Part shown: piece after piece, positions 1 through 10,970 of the stretch | Numbering within the stretch: position 1 is the stretch's first letter | Layout of the letters: each line of letters starts with the position of its first letter | Source of the DNA: Terriglobia bacterium | GTDB taxonomy: Bacteria > Acidobacteriota > Terriglobia > UBA7540 > JAPUME01 | Assembly: GCA_965222885.1 (NCBI GenBank) | Contig: OZ244973.1 | Span: forward strand, 3,141,664 to 3,205,663 | DNA length: 64,000 nt | Direction: 5' to 3' | Made by a program: the position numbers and the translations under genes | The notes under the pieces: generated by a model | Database searches by the model: none | The model's input: the letters and a program-made list of their open reading frames with translations, nothing else | What the model was told of the DNA's origin: nothing

Positions 1-128
1 CTCGGGCCGCGCTTTCGAATATCTGGAGGGAATATCGAGTACAGACTTCATCGACATCAGCGAAATGTCGGTTTTATTCGGGTAAGCGGAGGTTTTGGTC
101 GAAGGTCATTGACGAAAAGGAGTGAGTC

Positions 129-3100
129 ATGCTTTATCGTTCCACAAGATTTTTCTGGGTACTGGTTGCTTTTTTGGCGTTTTGCGCCCACCCCGCATGG
201 GGCCAACAGTCCACGACAGCCCAGATTACCGGGCTGGTGACCGACGCCACCGGCGCTTCGGTTCCGGGAGCCGCGGTGGTCGCCATCAATACGGCCACCA
301 ACGTCGAATATCCAACCGAGACGAACGTCGCCGGCGTCTATGTACTCCCCAACATCCTGCCGGGCCCTTACACGGTTACCGTTTCGATCCAGGGATTCAA
401 GACGCAGGTCCGCACGGACCTGGCAGTCAGGGTCGCCGACCGCCTCGGTATCAATTTCGTGTTGGAGCCCGGCGAAATCCGCACGACTGTCGAAATCACG
501 GCTACGGTCGAAGGGATCAATACCAGTGACGCCAGGCTACTCCGACGTGGTGGACAACCAAATGGTCACCGGCCTGCCCCAGCTCTCACGCAGCACGCTG
601 CACCACCTCGCCAAGGTAACTCCGGCCGTGCAGGGTGAAGGCCCTCCGCAACTCGCCACGGATGGCGCCGTTTCCGTGGGGATCCGGGGGACCACCTTTG
701 CCCTGGCCGGCGGGCAGCGGAACGGGACGCTGGTCACCGTCGATGGGGGATACGTTCAGGACACCGAGATCGGCAACACGAACCGCGCCATCCCCACCCC
801 GGATGCAGTGGAGGAGTTCCGGGTCCAAACCGGAGTGCTCCCGGCGGAAGTGGGTCGCTACTCCGGCGGAGTCATTACTATTTCCACCCGCAGCGGCACC
901 AACGAGTTTCATGGCCGGGGGTTCTACTATGGCCGGTGGCAGAACCTAAACTCGAACACCTGGAGGAACAACTCGCTGGGTGTTGATAAAGACCCGTTCC
1001 ACCAGACCAACTACGGGTTCAGCGTCGGCGGTCCGGTCTCGATACCCAAGGTCTATGATGGAAAGAACAAGACATTCTTCTTCTTCGCCGCGGAACGCGA
1101 GCGGACTGCGAATAACTTCCCGGCTCTGAGTTCCGTCCCCACTTTGCGCGAAAGGAGGGGGGATTTCTCCCAGAGCATCATCGCCTACCAGGGAGGGCAG
1201 CCGGTTTTAGCACGCATCTTCGACCCGTTCAATGGTTACAAGGACGATATGGGGAACTTTGTCCGTCCGGAGTTCGAGGGTGCCGTCATTCCTGCCGCGG
1301 ACCAGGCGGCTTTGGCTGCTTACTACATGAACCTGTATCCCGAGCCGAATCGCCCACCCCGCGCCAACCGGTTCAGCAGCACGGAAAACTTCTTGTCCAC
1401 GCAGACCAGGTCGCGGCCCATAGACCGGCAAACCTTGCGATTGGATCACAATTTCAGCGATCGCCACCGCGTGTTCGCGCGGGCCTCCCATTACACGGCG
1501 ATTCAGAGCACTTCCGCGCCCTTCTTACATGCCCCGGGTCAAAAAGATGCCGACACCAACTGGACGGGAACCCTCCAGTACACCTGGCTCCCTTCGCCCA
1601 CCTCGTTGATTGAACTGCGGGTCGGGTTGGCCACCTCCAAGCTCAGGACCTCATCGGGTTCGGCCAGTGATCCGGCGATTGACACCGATGAATGGCCCTT
1701 TGACCCTATCCTGTGGGGAACCGGCCTGCGTTCCGATAAATCCATTCCGCCGGGTCTCTATTCGGGTGGCTTTGGGGGAAATAATTATCATTCCTCTGTC
1801 GGCGGAGAGTTCTTTGACACATTTACGAACAATCTGGGGAATGCCAGCGTGTCCTACACCAGGGTCGTCAATCGCCATACGCTGAAGATGGGCTACCAAC
1901 ATTTCTATGCCGTGTCAAATGAGCAAGGAGGCGATTCCAGCGGCGTGACATACTTACGACCCGGAGGCGGTTCAAACCAATTCTGGAACAACAACGACGG
2001 CTTGACCGGCCACCCACTGGCGGAGATCATGCTGGGCTCGGCCACTTTCTTCAACTGGGGCAATTGGAATATCGCACCCTATGGAGCTCTCCAGGCCGCC
2101 TATATCATGGATGACTGGAAGGTGAATCAAAAGCTTACCTTGAACCTGAGCCTGCGTTACGATCACGAAGACGGACGGAAACCCCGCTATCCGTATGGCG
2201 TGACCTGGGACTCTGACGCACAAAACGTCATCAGCCCCAACCAAGGATGGGACTTCAGCCAGGTGGTGCAGGCAGTCCCGGAGTTGGCTAATTTCCCGCA
2301 GCCCGCTTGGGTGACCGGGGGCATTCACGGTCGGTCGGTTCTTATCGACACCCCGGAGCACCCCGATGGCCGCCTGTTCAGGAGCAAATGGGGGATTCTG
2401 CAGCCGCGCCTGGGCCTCTCTTACCAGCTTGACTCCGCAACCGTATTTCACGCGAGCTACGGCAGGGCTTCAGCGGGCTGCAAACGGAAATCGCCGGGGA
2501 TTTCTATTACGGGACTCCTACCTTCAACTCGATTGCCACCCTCGACGGGCAGGTCTGGGTGAGTGAAATGGGCCTGGACCGCGGGCTGGGGCCTTTCCCA
2601 GTCCAGGCCAATGGCTCTCGCTTGGGGTACTTCCCGCCTCTCAGCACGAACCAGCAGATGTGGAACCAAACCTTAGGGGGTTGTTCAAGCCCCATCGGCC
2701 TCTGCACCCAGGAGCCGGGACTGTTTGACTATCCCTACGAACACACCTGGGGCCTGAGCGTTCAGCGAGAAGTGGGCCAATCCTGGGTGGTGTCGGTGGA
2801 GTACATGGGAATGCGGGGGGTCAACCTGATTACGCCCTCCAGGAATATCGTCAAGTTCACCAACGTGACCTCTGAATATTACGGCCTGGGAGGCAAACTC
2901 CTCGAGCCCGTCCCTAACCCATTTGTCGGCCAATCGCAAAACTTCGTCTCTGACACCGTGCCCCTGCACCAACTCTTGTCCAGTGCTCCTCATTATACGA
3001 ACGCGGGCCCGAACCATCTAACCAACGGCAGGTCGATGTCCCAATTCGTGAACTTCCAGGCGAAAAGCCGGCGTTTTCACGGACTTTCCTTGCTGGCTTC

Positions 3101-3854
3101 GTACTCCATTCGGAAGACTCTCGTCAGCAACGTCGGAAAAGACCTCCGCCTGGGACAAGGGGGGAGGACCTTTCAAAATACCTTTGACCTGGTGAATGAA
3201 GCCTACGGGGTGGCCCTTTACGAGCGCCCCCAGCAGTTCCTGCTAAATTACTTTTACGAGGTGCCGATGGGTTCCGGCCGTACCCTGATGGGGAACGTCG
3301 AAGGTTTGGGTGCGAAGGTCCTCGATGCGGTGTTCGGCGGATGGGGTTTTGCGGGTATCACGCGCTGGTGGCCCAAGGGCGAGCCGATTCCAGGTCCGCG
3401 CGTCAATGCGGCCGTTGGTGCGCCGGGCGCCGGAGTGCGCTGGTCGGTCAACGGCGATTATCGCAATTCCAACGTGGACCACGAACAAGCCTTGGTGGAC
3501 ATCAATGGGAACTTCGTCAGCGGCAATCCCGGAGCCGGAGGCTGTCACGCGAACGGTGTCTTCAACTGCTCTGCCTTCGTGCGTACACCGAACTACACCT
3601 TCGGCAACCTGCCGATTGTGTTTCCCAATATGCGGCAACCGGGATCCTTCGAAACCGATGCGACCTTCTTCAAGAACTTCTATTTCTCGGACGATAAGTC
3701 GCGCTACCTGAATTTCCGCTTGGAGGCCGAGAACATCTTTAACCATCCCAATTTCGGATCCGTCGATTATAATCCTGACTCGGCCACCTTCGGAGGGATA
3801 CTCGGCAAGTCCGGACAACGGGTCATGCAGCTCGGCATGCGGCTCTTCTTCTGA
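129..3854 (+). pseudogene. TonB-dependent receptor with N-terminal carboxypeptidase-regulatory-like domain, interrupted by two frameshifts
   Basis: Three ORFs (129-638, 340-2562, 2559-3854) are colinear with the intact paralog at 28075-31425. Shared elements: a signal peptide, then 'QITGLVTDATGASVPGAAV', plug-like 'GIRGTTFALAGGQRNGTLVTVDGG', and C-terminal '...QLGMRLFF'. The frame switches near 531-535 (..INTSDA / GYSDVVDNQ..) and within 2433-2470 (..FHASYGR / QGFSGLQTEIAGDFYYG..). AAGGAG RBS at 117-122, ATG at 129. Confidence 0.75.
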
Positions 3855-3913
3855 AGCCCGGCCAAGTCGGATCGGACCGGCTCTGTAGGGATGGGTCGCT
3901 GGATGGGAACGGG

Positions 3914-3942
3914 CACGGGGGCATCAGCCCCCGTGTCTTTTT
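3914..3942 (+). terminator. Rho-independent terminator after the frameshifted TonB receptor
   Basis: 9-bp GC-rich stem CACGGGGGC / GCCCCCGTG, loop ATCA, followed by TCTTTTT. Confidence 0.7.
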
Positions 3943-4097
3943 CCCGGCCTCATTGCGCATGCCCGGCCAAAACCGAAGACTGCGCTTGATGCCGGATCAG
4001 AGAAATCCCTGGGGACAATTTCACTTCGCGCGGCTAAGAATCAGGCTTATGAAAGCCCACAGGAACGGTCCGGGCAAATCCCTCTAAATGGGTCTCC

Positions 4098-5852
4098 GTG
4101 GCGCTCTCGTTGATCCAGCGTTCCCAACCAACTTTCTCGTTGCGTCGTTTTATTCCGCTCGCGAGCATCTTGTGTTTCATCGCCAGCCTCTCGGTGGCTC
4201 AGCCCCAGAGCACAGGGGAAACACCGCAACGATTTAGACAACTCCTTCAGCAAGGTTTCCAACTCCATCGTCAACGCGAATATCGCCGCGCGATTCCGAT
4301 CCTGGAACAGGCGCGCGCGATTCAGCCGCACGATTATTCCGTAAATCTGTTACTGGGAATGGATTATCTTCGTTCGGGCGACCCGGAGAAGGCCGTCGGC
4401 TACCTGAACGCAGCCCGGACCCGTGAACTCGACGATGGGACGGCCACGGGATACCTGGGGGAAGCCTATGCGGCCTTGCAGAGGTTCGGGGACGCCGTCC
4501 AGGTGCTGCAGGCGGCCGTCGCAAACCCGAAGGCGACCGCTCAGTCCCGCGCGGCTCTGGTCCAGTTCTATCTGCGACGTTTCCGGCAGGTCATGCTCGA
4601 ACTCCGGGTCTCGCGGCTTGGCTTGGCGTATTCCTATCGCCTCCAGGCTCGGGTGCTCCGTGCTCGCGGGGACGGCAAGGAAAAGGAGATGCTTCACCGC
4701 GTCCAATCGTTCTCGCCCGATTTTCCGGGTCTGGAGAGCGCCTTGGGGTTCGTTCACTTGCGGCAAGGCGAGATCAAAGAGGCCGCGAGCCGCTTTGCAA
4801 AGGCGCGTGAACGGAACCCGAATGATTTGGATGCTTGGGTGGGGAAAGCCATGCTCGCCGTGCGGGCCGGCGATCTGGAGCCGGGGAAAGAGCTTTTTCG
4901 TGAAGTGGCCCGCCGCTCCCCGTATCGACTGGTTACGGCGGTGCGCGACTGGCCCTCTACGGTGGGTTTGCCCTCCCGCCTCAGAGATTGGCTTGCCGTA
5001 CGCAAACCCGCCACCCCTCACGAGATTTCGTTGTCCCCGCAATCGCTCTTTCAGGAACAACGATGGGAAGCCTTGATCGATAGGCTCGGTTCGGGCGAGC
5101 CGACTTCGCGCGAATGGCTTTGGCTGGGTATCGCTCATGCTCAGCTCGAACAGTTCGGTCGGGCGATCCCACCGCTGGAGCGCGCACGGAGCGATGTCAC
5201 CCTACAACTCGAAGCTGCTCACTGGCTGGCCCTGAGCTACGCGCGAGCGGAGGAGCAAGAAGTTCGCCGGCTCCCGCAGGAGGGCCGGGAGGCTGCTCTC
5301 GTGCACTTAGCGAAGGGGGAAATCTTTTTCCTCCTCTCCCGAGACGGGGTGGCCGCGGTTGCCGAATACCAGAAGGCGGTAGATGCCGATCCGCAAAACC
5401 CGACGGCCTGGGCCGGACTGGCCGCTGCCCAAATGATGTCCGGGAACTCGAAGGAAGCTCGACTCTCCGCGCAGAAGGCGCTCCATCTGGATCCGGGACG
5501 TCTTGCGGCTCTCCGCACCTACGCCGAGGCGGCTATGCAGGAACGCGATCACGCGAGCGCCATTCCGGCTCTTCGGCGGGTCCGCGAAGTGATGCCGAAT
5601 GACCTGGTGACGCGAATTTTGCTGGGAACGGCCTATTCGCAGACCGGCCAGTACGCGGAGGCTCTCCCACTCCTTCAGGCCGTGCTCGATCAGGAGTACC
5701 CCGATGAAAAAGGGACGATCCACTATCTGCTCGGGACGGTCCTGCGTCGCCTCGGCCGGCGCGAGGAAGCCAACCAAGCCCTCCAACAGGCTCAGCAGCT
5801 TTCCGACTCGTTTGCCCGCGCGGGGCATCGAGTCGGAAAGGATTCACCGTGA
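4098..5852 (+). CDS. TPR-repeat protein with N-terminal signal/anchor
   Basis: 584-aa ORF with repeated A/L/Y-rich 34-aa TPR-like units (e.g. 'AIPILEQARAIQPHDYSVNLLLGMDYLRSGDPEKA') and a hydrophobic N-terminus 'IPLASILCFIASLSVAQPQ'. The start is GTG at 4098, so the start is uncertain. Confidence 0.75.
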   Translation: MALSLIQRSQPTFSLRRFIPLASILCFIASLSVAQPQSTGETPQRFRQLLQQGFQLHRQREYRRAIPILEQARAIQPHDYSVNLLLGMDYLRSGDPEKAVGYLNAARTRELDDGTATGYLGEAYAALQRFGDAVQVLQAAVANPKATAQSRAALVQFYLRRFRQVMLELRVSRLGLAYSYRLQARVLRARGDGKEKEMLHRVQSFSPDFPGLESALGFVHLRQGEIKEAASRFAKARERNPNDLDAWVGKAMLAVRAGDLEPGKELFREVARRSPYRLVTAVRDWPSTVGLPSRLRDWLAVRKPATPHEISLSPQSLFQEQRWEALIDRLGSGEPTSREWLWLGIAHAQLEQFGRAIPPLERARSDVTLQLEAAHWLALSYARAEEQEVRRLPQEGREAALVHLAKGEIFFLLSRDGVAAVAEYQKAVDADPQNPTAWAGLAAAQMMSGNSKEARLSAQKALHLDPGRLAALRTYAEAAMQERDHASAIPALRRVREVMPNDLVTRILLGTAYSQTGQYAEALPLLQAVLDQEYPDEKGTIHYLLGTVLRRLGRREEANQALQQAQQLSDSFARAGHRVGKDSP

Positions 5853-5939
5853 CCGCAGCAACGCCTGGGCGGGAATAACCCGCGCCGTGGGTAGCCAGCG
5901 TGCCGGCCGTTTTAGAATCGAATATTCAGGAAACCACGT

Positions 5940-7631
5940 ATGCCTGATCCATACTCCAGCCGCCGTCTTGTTGCTTTGGCCTGTATGGCCGCGATCTGCT
6001 TTCTTCTCGCGCGGAGTTTGTTCTCATCCGTCGCGGTGAATACCGGGGGCAGCAACCGAATCCGGTTCGAGGACATAGCGCCTCGGGCGGGGCTCGATTT
6101 CGTTCTTCGCAACGATGCCGCCGGCAGAAAATATCAGGTGGAAACGATGGTGGGAGGTGTCGGCATCATCGATTTCGACGGGGATGGATGGATGGACATC
6201 TTCGTCGCCAACGGCGCATCGTTGCCTTCCTTGGAGAAAACTCAGCCACGATTCTACAACCGGCTCTATCGCAATCAAGGGGATGAGACATTCGCGGACG
6301 TTACCCAAGCGGCGGGTGTCTCCGGCCGGGGTTACTCCATGGGCGTGGCCGTGGGCGATTATGACAACGATGGCTGGGAAGACCTTTACGTGGTCGGGGT
6401 CAACGAGAACATCCTGTACCGCAACAACGGAAAAGGAGCCTTCACCGACGTCACCCAAACCGCGAAGGTTGCAGGTCAGGACCGCAGCGGGAGGAAGTTG
6501 TGGTCAATCGCCGCCGCCTGGCTCGATTACGACAACGATGGCGACCTCGACCTGCTGGTGTCGAATTACTGCGAGTGGATGGCGGCGAGCGACCCGATCT
6601 GCGGCGGTCTGGCTCCTTCAACCCGCACTTATTGCACGCCGGATTCCTACCGCGGCCAGCCCAGCCTCCTTTACCGCAATCAAGGGGATGGGACCTTCAC
6701 GGATGTTTCCCTGGAGAGCGATGTCGGCCATGGGGTCGGAAAGGGGATGGGGATAGCCCTCGCGGATTACGATGACGATGGATTTCTGGATATTTTCGTC
6801 GCCCACGACAACGCGCGGAACCGGCTCTTCCACAACCTGGGAAACGGGAAATTCGAGGAAGTGGGAATCTACGCGGGGGTCGCTTTCAATGGGGACGGAC
6901 GGTCCATCTCCGGCATGGGCACGCATTTCCAGGACTACGACGGCGACGGCCGACCGGACATCATCATGACTGCCCTGAGCCGGGAAACCTACGAGGTCTT
7001 CCGCAACCTCGACGGCCAAGAGTTCATCGATGCCAGCGCAGAAAGCGGCATCCTTCTTCTGAGCCAGCCCTGGAACGGTTGGGGCTGTGGGTTGGTGGAC
7101 CTGGACAACGACGGCTATCTGGACTTTTTCGTGGCCACCGGTGGCCTGGACCTGGATGCCCCGCAACCCAACAGAATCTTCCGCAACCTGGGCACGGGTC
7201 GCTTTACCGACGTATCGGACACCGCCGGACCTGATCTACAGGTCCCCCGCCTCCATCGTGGCACGGCCTTCGCCGACTTCGACAATGACGGCCGTTTGGA
7301 CGTCGTCGTCACCGCCCTCAACGAACGCCTGGAACTCCTCATGAATCGCGGCCCGCGCCGCCATTGGCTGAAGCTGAAGCTGCGAGGAGCCAAGAGCAAT
7401 CGTTCTGCGATCGGCGCCCGCGTGGTTTGCAGGTCCGGCTCGCGACGCCAGGTCACCTGGGTCGCAAACAGCGTCGGCTATGCCTCGACCAGTCATCTGC
7501 TGGTCCACTTCGGATTGGGAGACGACGCAATGGCCGATGAAATCGAAATCAAATGGCCTTCCGGAGTGGTGCAACGGCTGACAGGGGTGCGGTCAAACCA
7601 GACACTGGAAATAAAGGAACCGACCGACTAG
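5940..7631 (+). CDS. FG-GAP/VCBS repeat protein with C-terminal ASPIC/UnbV domain (CRTAC1 family)
   Basis: Repeated 'DFDGDGWMDIFV', 'DYDNDGWEDLYV', 'DYDNDGDLDLLV', 'DYDDDGFLDIFV' and 'DFDNDGRLDVVV' calcium-binding-like repeats. C-terminal 'NRSAIGARVVCRSGSRRQVTWV...EIEIKWPSG' is typical of ASPIC/UnbV. Confidence 0.85.
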   Translation: MPDPYSSRRLVALACMAAICFLLARSLFSSVAVNTGGSNRIRFEDIAPRAGLDFVLRNDAAGRKYQVETMVGGVGIIDFDGDGWMDIFVANGASLPSLEKTQPRFYNRLYRNQGDETFADVTQAAGVSGRGYSMGVAVGDYDNDGWEDLYVVGVNENILYRNNGKGAFTDVTQTAKVAGQDRSGRKLWSIAAAWLDYDNDGDLDLLVSNYCEWMAASDPICGGLAPSTRTYCTPDSYRGQPSLLYRNQGDGTFTDVSLESDVGHGVGKGMGIALADYDDDGFLDIFVAHDNARNRLFHNLGNGKFEEVGIYAGVAFNGDGRSISGMGTHFQDYDGDGRPDIIMTALSRETYEVFRNLDGQEFIDASAESGILLLSQPWNGWGCGLVDLDNDGYLDFFVATGGLDLDAPQPNRIFRNLGTGRFTDVSDTAGPDLQVPRLHRGTAFADFDNDGRLDVVVTALNERLELLMNRGPRRHWLKLKLRGAKSNRSAIGARVVCRSGSRRQVTWVANSVGYASTSHLLVHFGLGDDAMADEIEIKWPSGVVQRLTGVRSNQTLEIKEPTD

Positions 7632-7661
7632 CCGCTGCGCTTCTCTCGGCTTTCGGCTATC

Positions 7662-9104
7662 CTAAGCGATGATTTCTTGGATGACCCGACCTGAAACGTC
7701 CGTAAGCCTGAAATCGCGGCCGCTGTAGCGATAGGTAAGCCTCTCGTGGTCAAGGCCAAGCAAGTAAAGCATCGTGGCGTGAAGATCATGGATGTGGACG
7801 GGGTTTTCAGCCGCCTTGAAGCCGAACTCATCGGTTGAACCGTACGTCGTGCCGCCCTTAACGCCGCCCCCGGCCATCACCACCGTGAAGCCGTATGAAT
7901 TATGGTCACGGCCGTTCTGAATGCGGGAGCGGCCACCCGTTTCGAACACCGGCGTCCGACCGAATTCGCTTCCGATAATGACGAGGGTCTCATCGAGCAG
8001 CCCCCGCCGTTTGAGGTCCCGCAAGAGTGCCGCAATGGGGCGGTCCGCTTCGCCGGCCAGCTTTTGATGCACCATGATGTCCTCGTGGTTGTCCCAAGGC
8101 TGGCTATTGCCGAAGTAGATCTGGACCACCCGCACGCCACTTTCGACCAAGCGACGGGCCATCAGGCACCCACGCGCAAAGTCGCCGTCGCCATATTGTT
8201 CAAGCGTCGCGGAAGTCTCCTGAGAGGGGTCCAATATCTGCGGTGCTTCCACCTGCATCCGAAAGGCGATTTCCATGGACTGAATGCTGGACTCGAGCTG
8301 CGCGTCCTTTTCGCCCTGTCGCTCCATGTGGAGCCGGTTCAGCCTTGCCAGTAGATCCAGTTGCCGACGCTGTTCGCTCGGCCCGAGTTGCTGGTTGCGG
8401 ATGTACTGGATCAACTTCTCCGGATCTCGTTCCTTGTTGGAGATGTACGTGCCTTGATAAACCCCCGGCAGGAAGGTGGAATTCCACAGCGGCGGTCCAA
8501 CGACCGGAGTCCCGGGACACAGGACGACAAAGCCCGGCAGGTTCCGATTCTCGGTTCCGAGTCCGTAAGTCATCCAGGAGCCCATCGACGGTCGGCCCGG
8601 CTGGATATGACCCGTGTTGATCATGAACAGAGACGGTTCGTGATTCGGGACGTCGGTGTGGCACGACCGGATGATACAGAGGTCATCGGCGCATTCGCCC
8701 AAGTGCGGGAAGATTTCGCTGATCTCAAGTCCGCTTTCACCATATCTGCGGAAACGGAAAGGCGAGCGCATCAGGTTGCCCGTCGAGCGCTCTGTGGTGG
8801 GATTGCCGCCCGGAAAAGGCTGGCCATGATACTTGTCCAGTGCCGGCTTAGGGTCGAACGTGTCCACATGCGAAAGGCCGCCGTTCAGAAAGAGAAAAAT
8901 TAAGTTCTTCGCTCGCGGAGCAAAGTGCGGTGCCTTGGAGGCCAGCGGCCCGCCCAGGGCAGGGCTGCTATCCGCCCTCGCCCCCGAACCGCCCAGGAGT
9001 CCCGCCAGACCCACCACCCCAAAGCCGCTTCCCAGCTTCCACAGCGCCTCACGGCGCGTCAGGGAAGGTAAGACTTCCGCGTGTGCCACCTGCATGTTTT
9101 TCAT
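7662..9104 (-). CDS. DUF1501 family protein (sulfatase-like fold), Tat-type signal
   Basis: 'TRREALWKLGSGFGVVGLAG' is twin-arginine-like. 'FLNGGLSHVDTFDPKP' and 'GRDHNSYGF' motifs are present. It is a paralog of 15760-17169 and 54218-55702. It lies 11 nt downstream of the DUF1553 pseudogene. Confidence 0.85.
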   Translation of the reverse strand: MKNMQVAHAEVLPSLTRREALWKLGSGFGVVGLAGLLGGSGARADSSPALGGPLASKAPHFAPRAKNLIFLFLNGGLSHVDTFDPKPALDKYHGQPFPGGNPTTERSTGNLMRSPFRFRRYGESGLEISEIFPHLGECADDLCIIRSCHTDVPNHEPSLFMINTGHIQPGRPSMGSWMTYGLGTENRNLPGFVVLCPGTPVVGPPLWNSTFLPGVYQGTYISNKERDPEKLIQYIRNQQLGPSEQRRQLDLLARLNRLHMERQGEKDAQLESSIQSMEIAFRMQVEAPQILDPSQETSATLEQYGDGDFARGCLMARRLVESGVRVVQIYFGNSQPWDNHEDIMVHQKLAGEADRPIAALLRDLKRRGLLDETLVIIGSEFGRTPVFETGGRSRIQNGRDHNSYGFTVVMAGGGVKGGTTYGSTDEFGFKAAENPVHIHDLHATMLYLLGLDHERLTYRYSGRDFRLTDVSGRVIQEIIA

Positions 9105-9679
9105 TCCGCCGCCTCTTAATTCACGAATAGAAATTCGTTCGAACTCAACAACACCTGCGCGTATTGCTGCCAGGCCGGAGGTTGGGTGCTGGATTCAGGC
9201 CTGGCCTCCCGCAGGAAATCGAGACCCAACTCTACCTCTCGCTCCGTCGCCTCACGTCCGTATATCAGCCGGTAAGCGTGCCGAATTCTCGGCTCGTCGT
9301 TCGGGCCTCCCTCAGCATGGATTCGCTGCGCCAGTCGGTCGGCCTCTCGCCAGACCAGGGTACTATTCATGAAGAAGAGCCACTGCAGAGGGACATTCGT
9401 CACGTTCCGTTTCTCAATCGAGCTGATGGGAGAAGGAAAGTCAAACAGGGCCAGCAGGCGGTTAAGCCGGAATCGGCTGACGCGTCCGTAAACGGTGCGG
9501 CGCACGTTGTCATCATCCAGCGGCGCGGAACTTCCCCCTGCCATCAGATCCAGCGACCCCGCAACATAGAGCAACGAATCCCGCACGGCCTCGATGTCAA
9601 GCCGTCTCCGGTTTGCACGCCACAAGAGCCGATTTTTGGGATCTTTTTCAAAATTCTCGCGAATGAACTCACTGCTCAA

Positions 9680-10970
9680 TGTCCGGGTTCAGATACATGT
9701 GAGACTGTGAGGGTGATGCTGGAGGGAATAGGGATCGATATGCCAACCGTGGCGGGTTTTGGGCGAAGGGAGCGTAGCGAGCGCAGCCCAAATCCCGCCG
9801 CAACCGCGCCTTGAGGGTCCCCTACCCCCTCCCTCACACCCCCAAAAAGCACGACGCCTGGCCCCGAATTCAGGACCAAACGCCGCGCCCGTTCAGGTAG
9901 CCTTTCGTTTCTACCCAGAAACCCAAGGAGCCTGAACCATGCAGATCCAATCTCTGCACATCCCATCTTATCGCACTTGGGCGGTGGATGACACCTGCCC
10001 CCGCCAAGCCATTGAGCGCCTCAAGAAAATCGAACTGTATGACGAGCTACGCCGTGAAGGCTGTTCGGCGCCCACCGCTCTGCGGGCCATCGGCTGGTCG
10101 AGAGCCACCTACTTCCGTTGGGCAGCGCGCTACCGGAATCGTGGCCCGCACGGCTTGGCAGCGATCAGGCGACGCCCGCAACGCACTCGATCCCGGCAAT
10201 GGACGCCAGCCCAGCAGCGCCAAGTCTGGACCTTGCGGCGCCACTATCCCTTCATGGGCAAGCGACCTCTACGGGTTCTGCTCGCCCGCCAGGGCATTCA
10301 TCTCAGTGAATCCACCGTTGGCCGCATCCTCGCCAAAGGGGTGCGGCTCGGTCGTATCCGCCCCTGCGCTTTCTGCCGGGGGCGCGTCAAGCTGAAAAAG
10401 CGCCGCTCCTTCCACCAGGGCCACGCCCAACGCTGGCGCTACGGCACCCGGGCCACCCAACCCGGCCAACTCGTCCAGATCGATCACCTGTCGGTGTCCC
10501 TCGACGGCACCCAACTCAAGGAGTTCCGGGCCGTCTCCCCGGTCGGCAAGCACATGGTGACCCGTGTCTACTCCCGCGCCACCGCTCGCAACGCCCGACG
10601 TTTCCTGCAAGCCGTGATCGAGGACCTGCCCTTCCCCCTCCATTCCGTCCAGGTCGACGGCGGCTCCGAGTTCCGGGCCGAGTTCGAGCAAGCTTGCCAG
10701 CAACTCGACATCCCTCAGTTTGTCCTGCCGCCTCGACGACCGCAGTTCAATGGCTGCGTCGAACGAGCCAACGACAGCGCCCGCGTCGAGTTCTGGAACC
10801 TCTACACCGGCGAACTCACCGTCGCCGCAGCCGGAGCCGCCCTCGCCGACTACCAACACTTCTACAACCACCTCCGACCTCATCGAACCCTGGACATGAG
10901 GACGCCAATGGAGTACCTTGCCACATGGAAGGCCACCTGACTCAAGTCTCATATGTACTGAACCCGCACA
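9680..10970 (+). mobile_element. IS481-family insertion sequence (1291 bp), apparently intact
   Basis: Imperfect terminal inverted repeats of about 30 bp. Left end is TGTCCGGGTTCAGATACATGTGAGACTGTGAG (9680-9711). The reverse complement of the right end is TGTGCGGGTTCAGTACATATGAGACTTGAG (10941-10970). Direct repeat CTCAA(T) flanks the element at 9675-9679 and 10971-10975. It carries a single DDE transposase ORF. Confidence 0.85.
9939..10940 (+). CDS. IS481-family DDE transposase (integrase core domain)
   Basis: 333-aa uninterrupted ORF. N-terminal HTH-like region, 'LVQIDH' (D), 'VQVDGGSEF' (D), 'NGCVERAN' (E) and C-terminal 'YNHLRPHRTL'. Confidence 0.9.
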   Translation: MQIQSLHIPSYRTWAVDDTCPRQAIERLKKIELYDELRREGCSAPTALRAIGWSRATYFRWAARYRNRGPHGLAAIRRRPQRTRSRQWTPAQQRQVWTLRRHYPFMGKRPLRVLLARQGIHLSESTVGRILAKGVRLGRIRPCAFCRGRVKLKKRRSFHQGHAQRWRYGTRATQPGQLVQIDHLSVSLDGTQLKEFRAVSPVGKHMVTRVYSRATARNARRFLQAVIEDLPFPLHSVQVDGGSEFRAEFEQACQQLDIPQFVLPPRRPQFNGCVERANDSARVEFWNLYTGELTVAAAGAALADYQHFYNHLRPHRTLDMRTPMEYLATWKAT

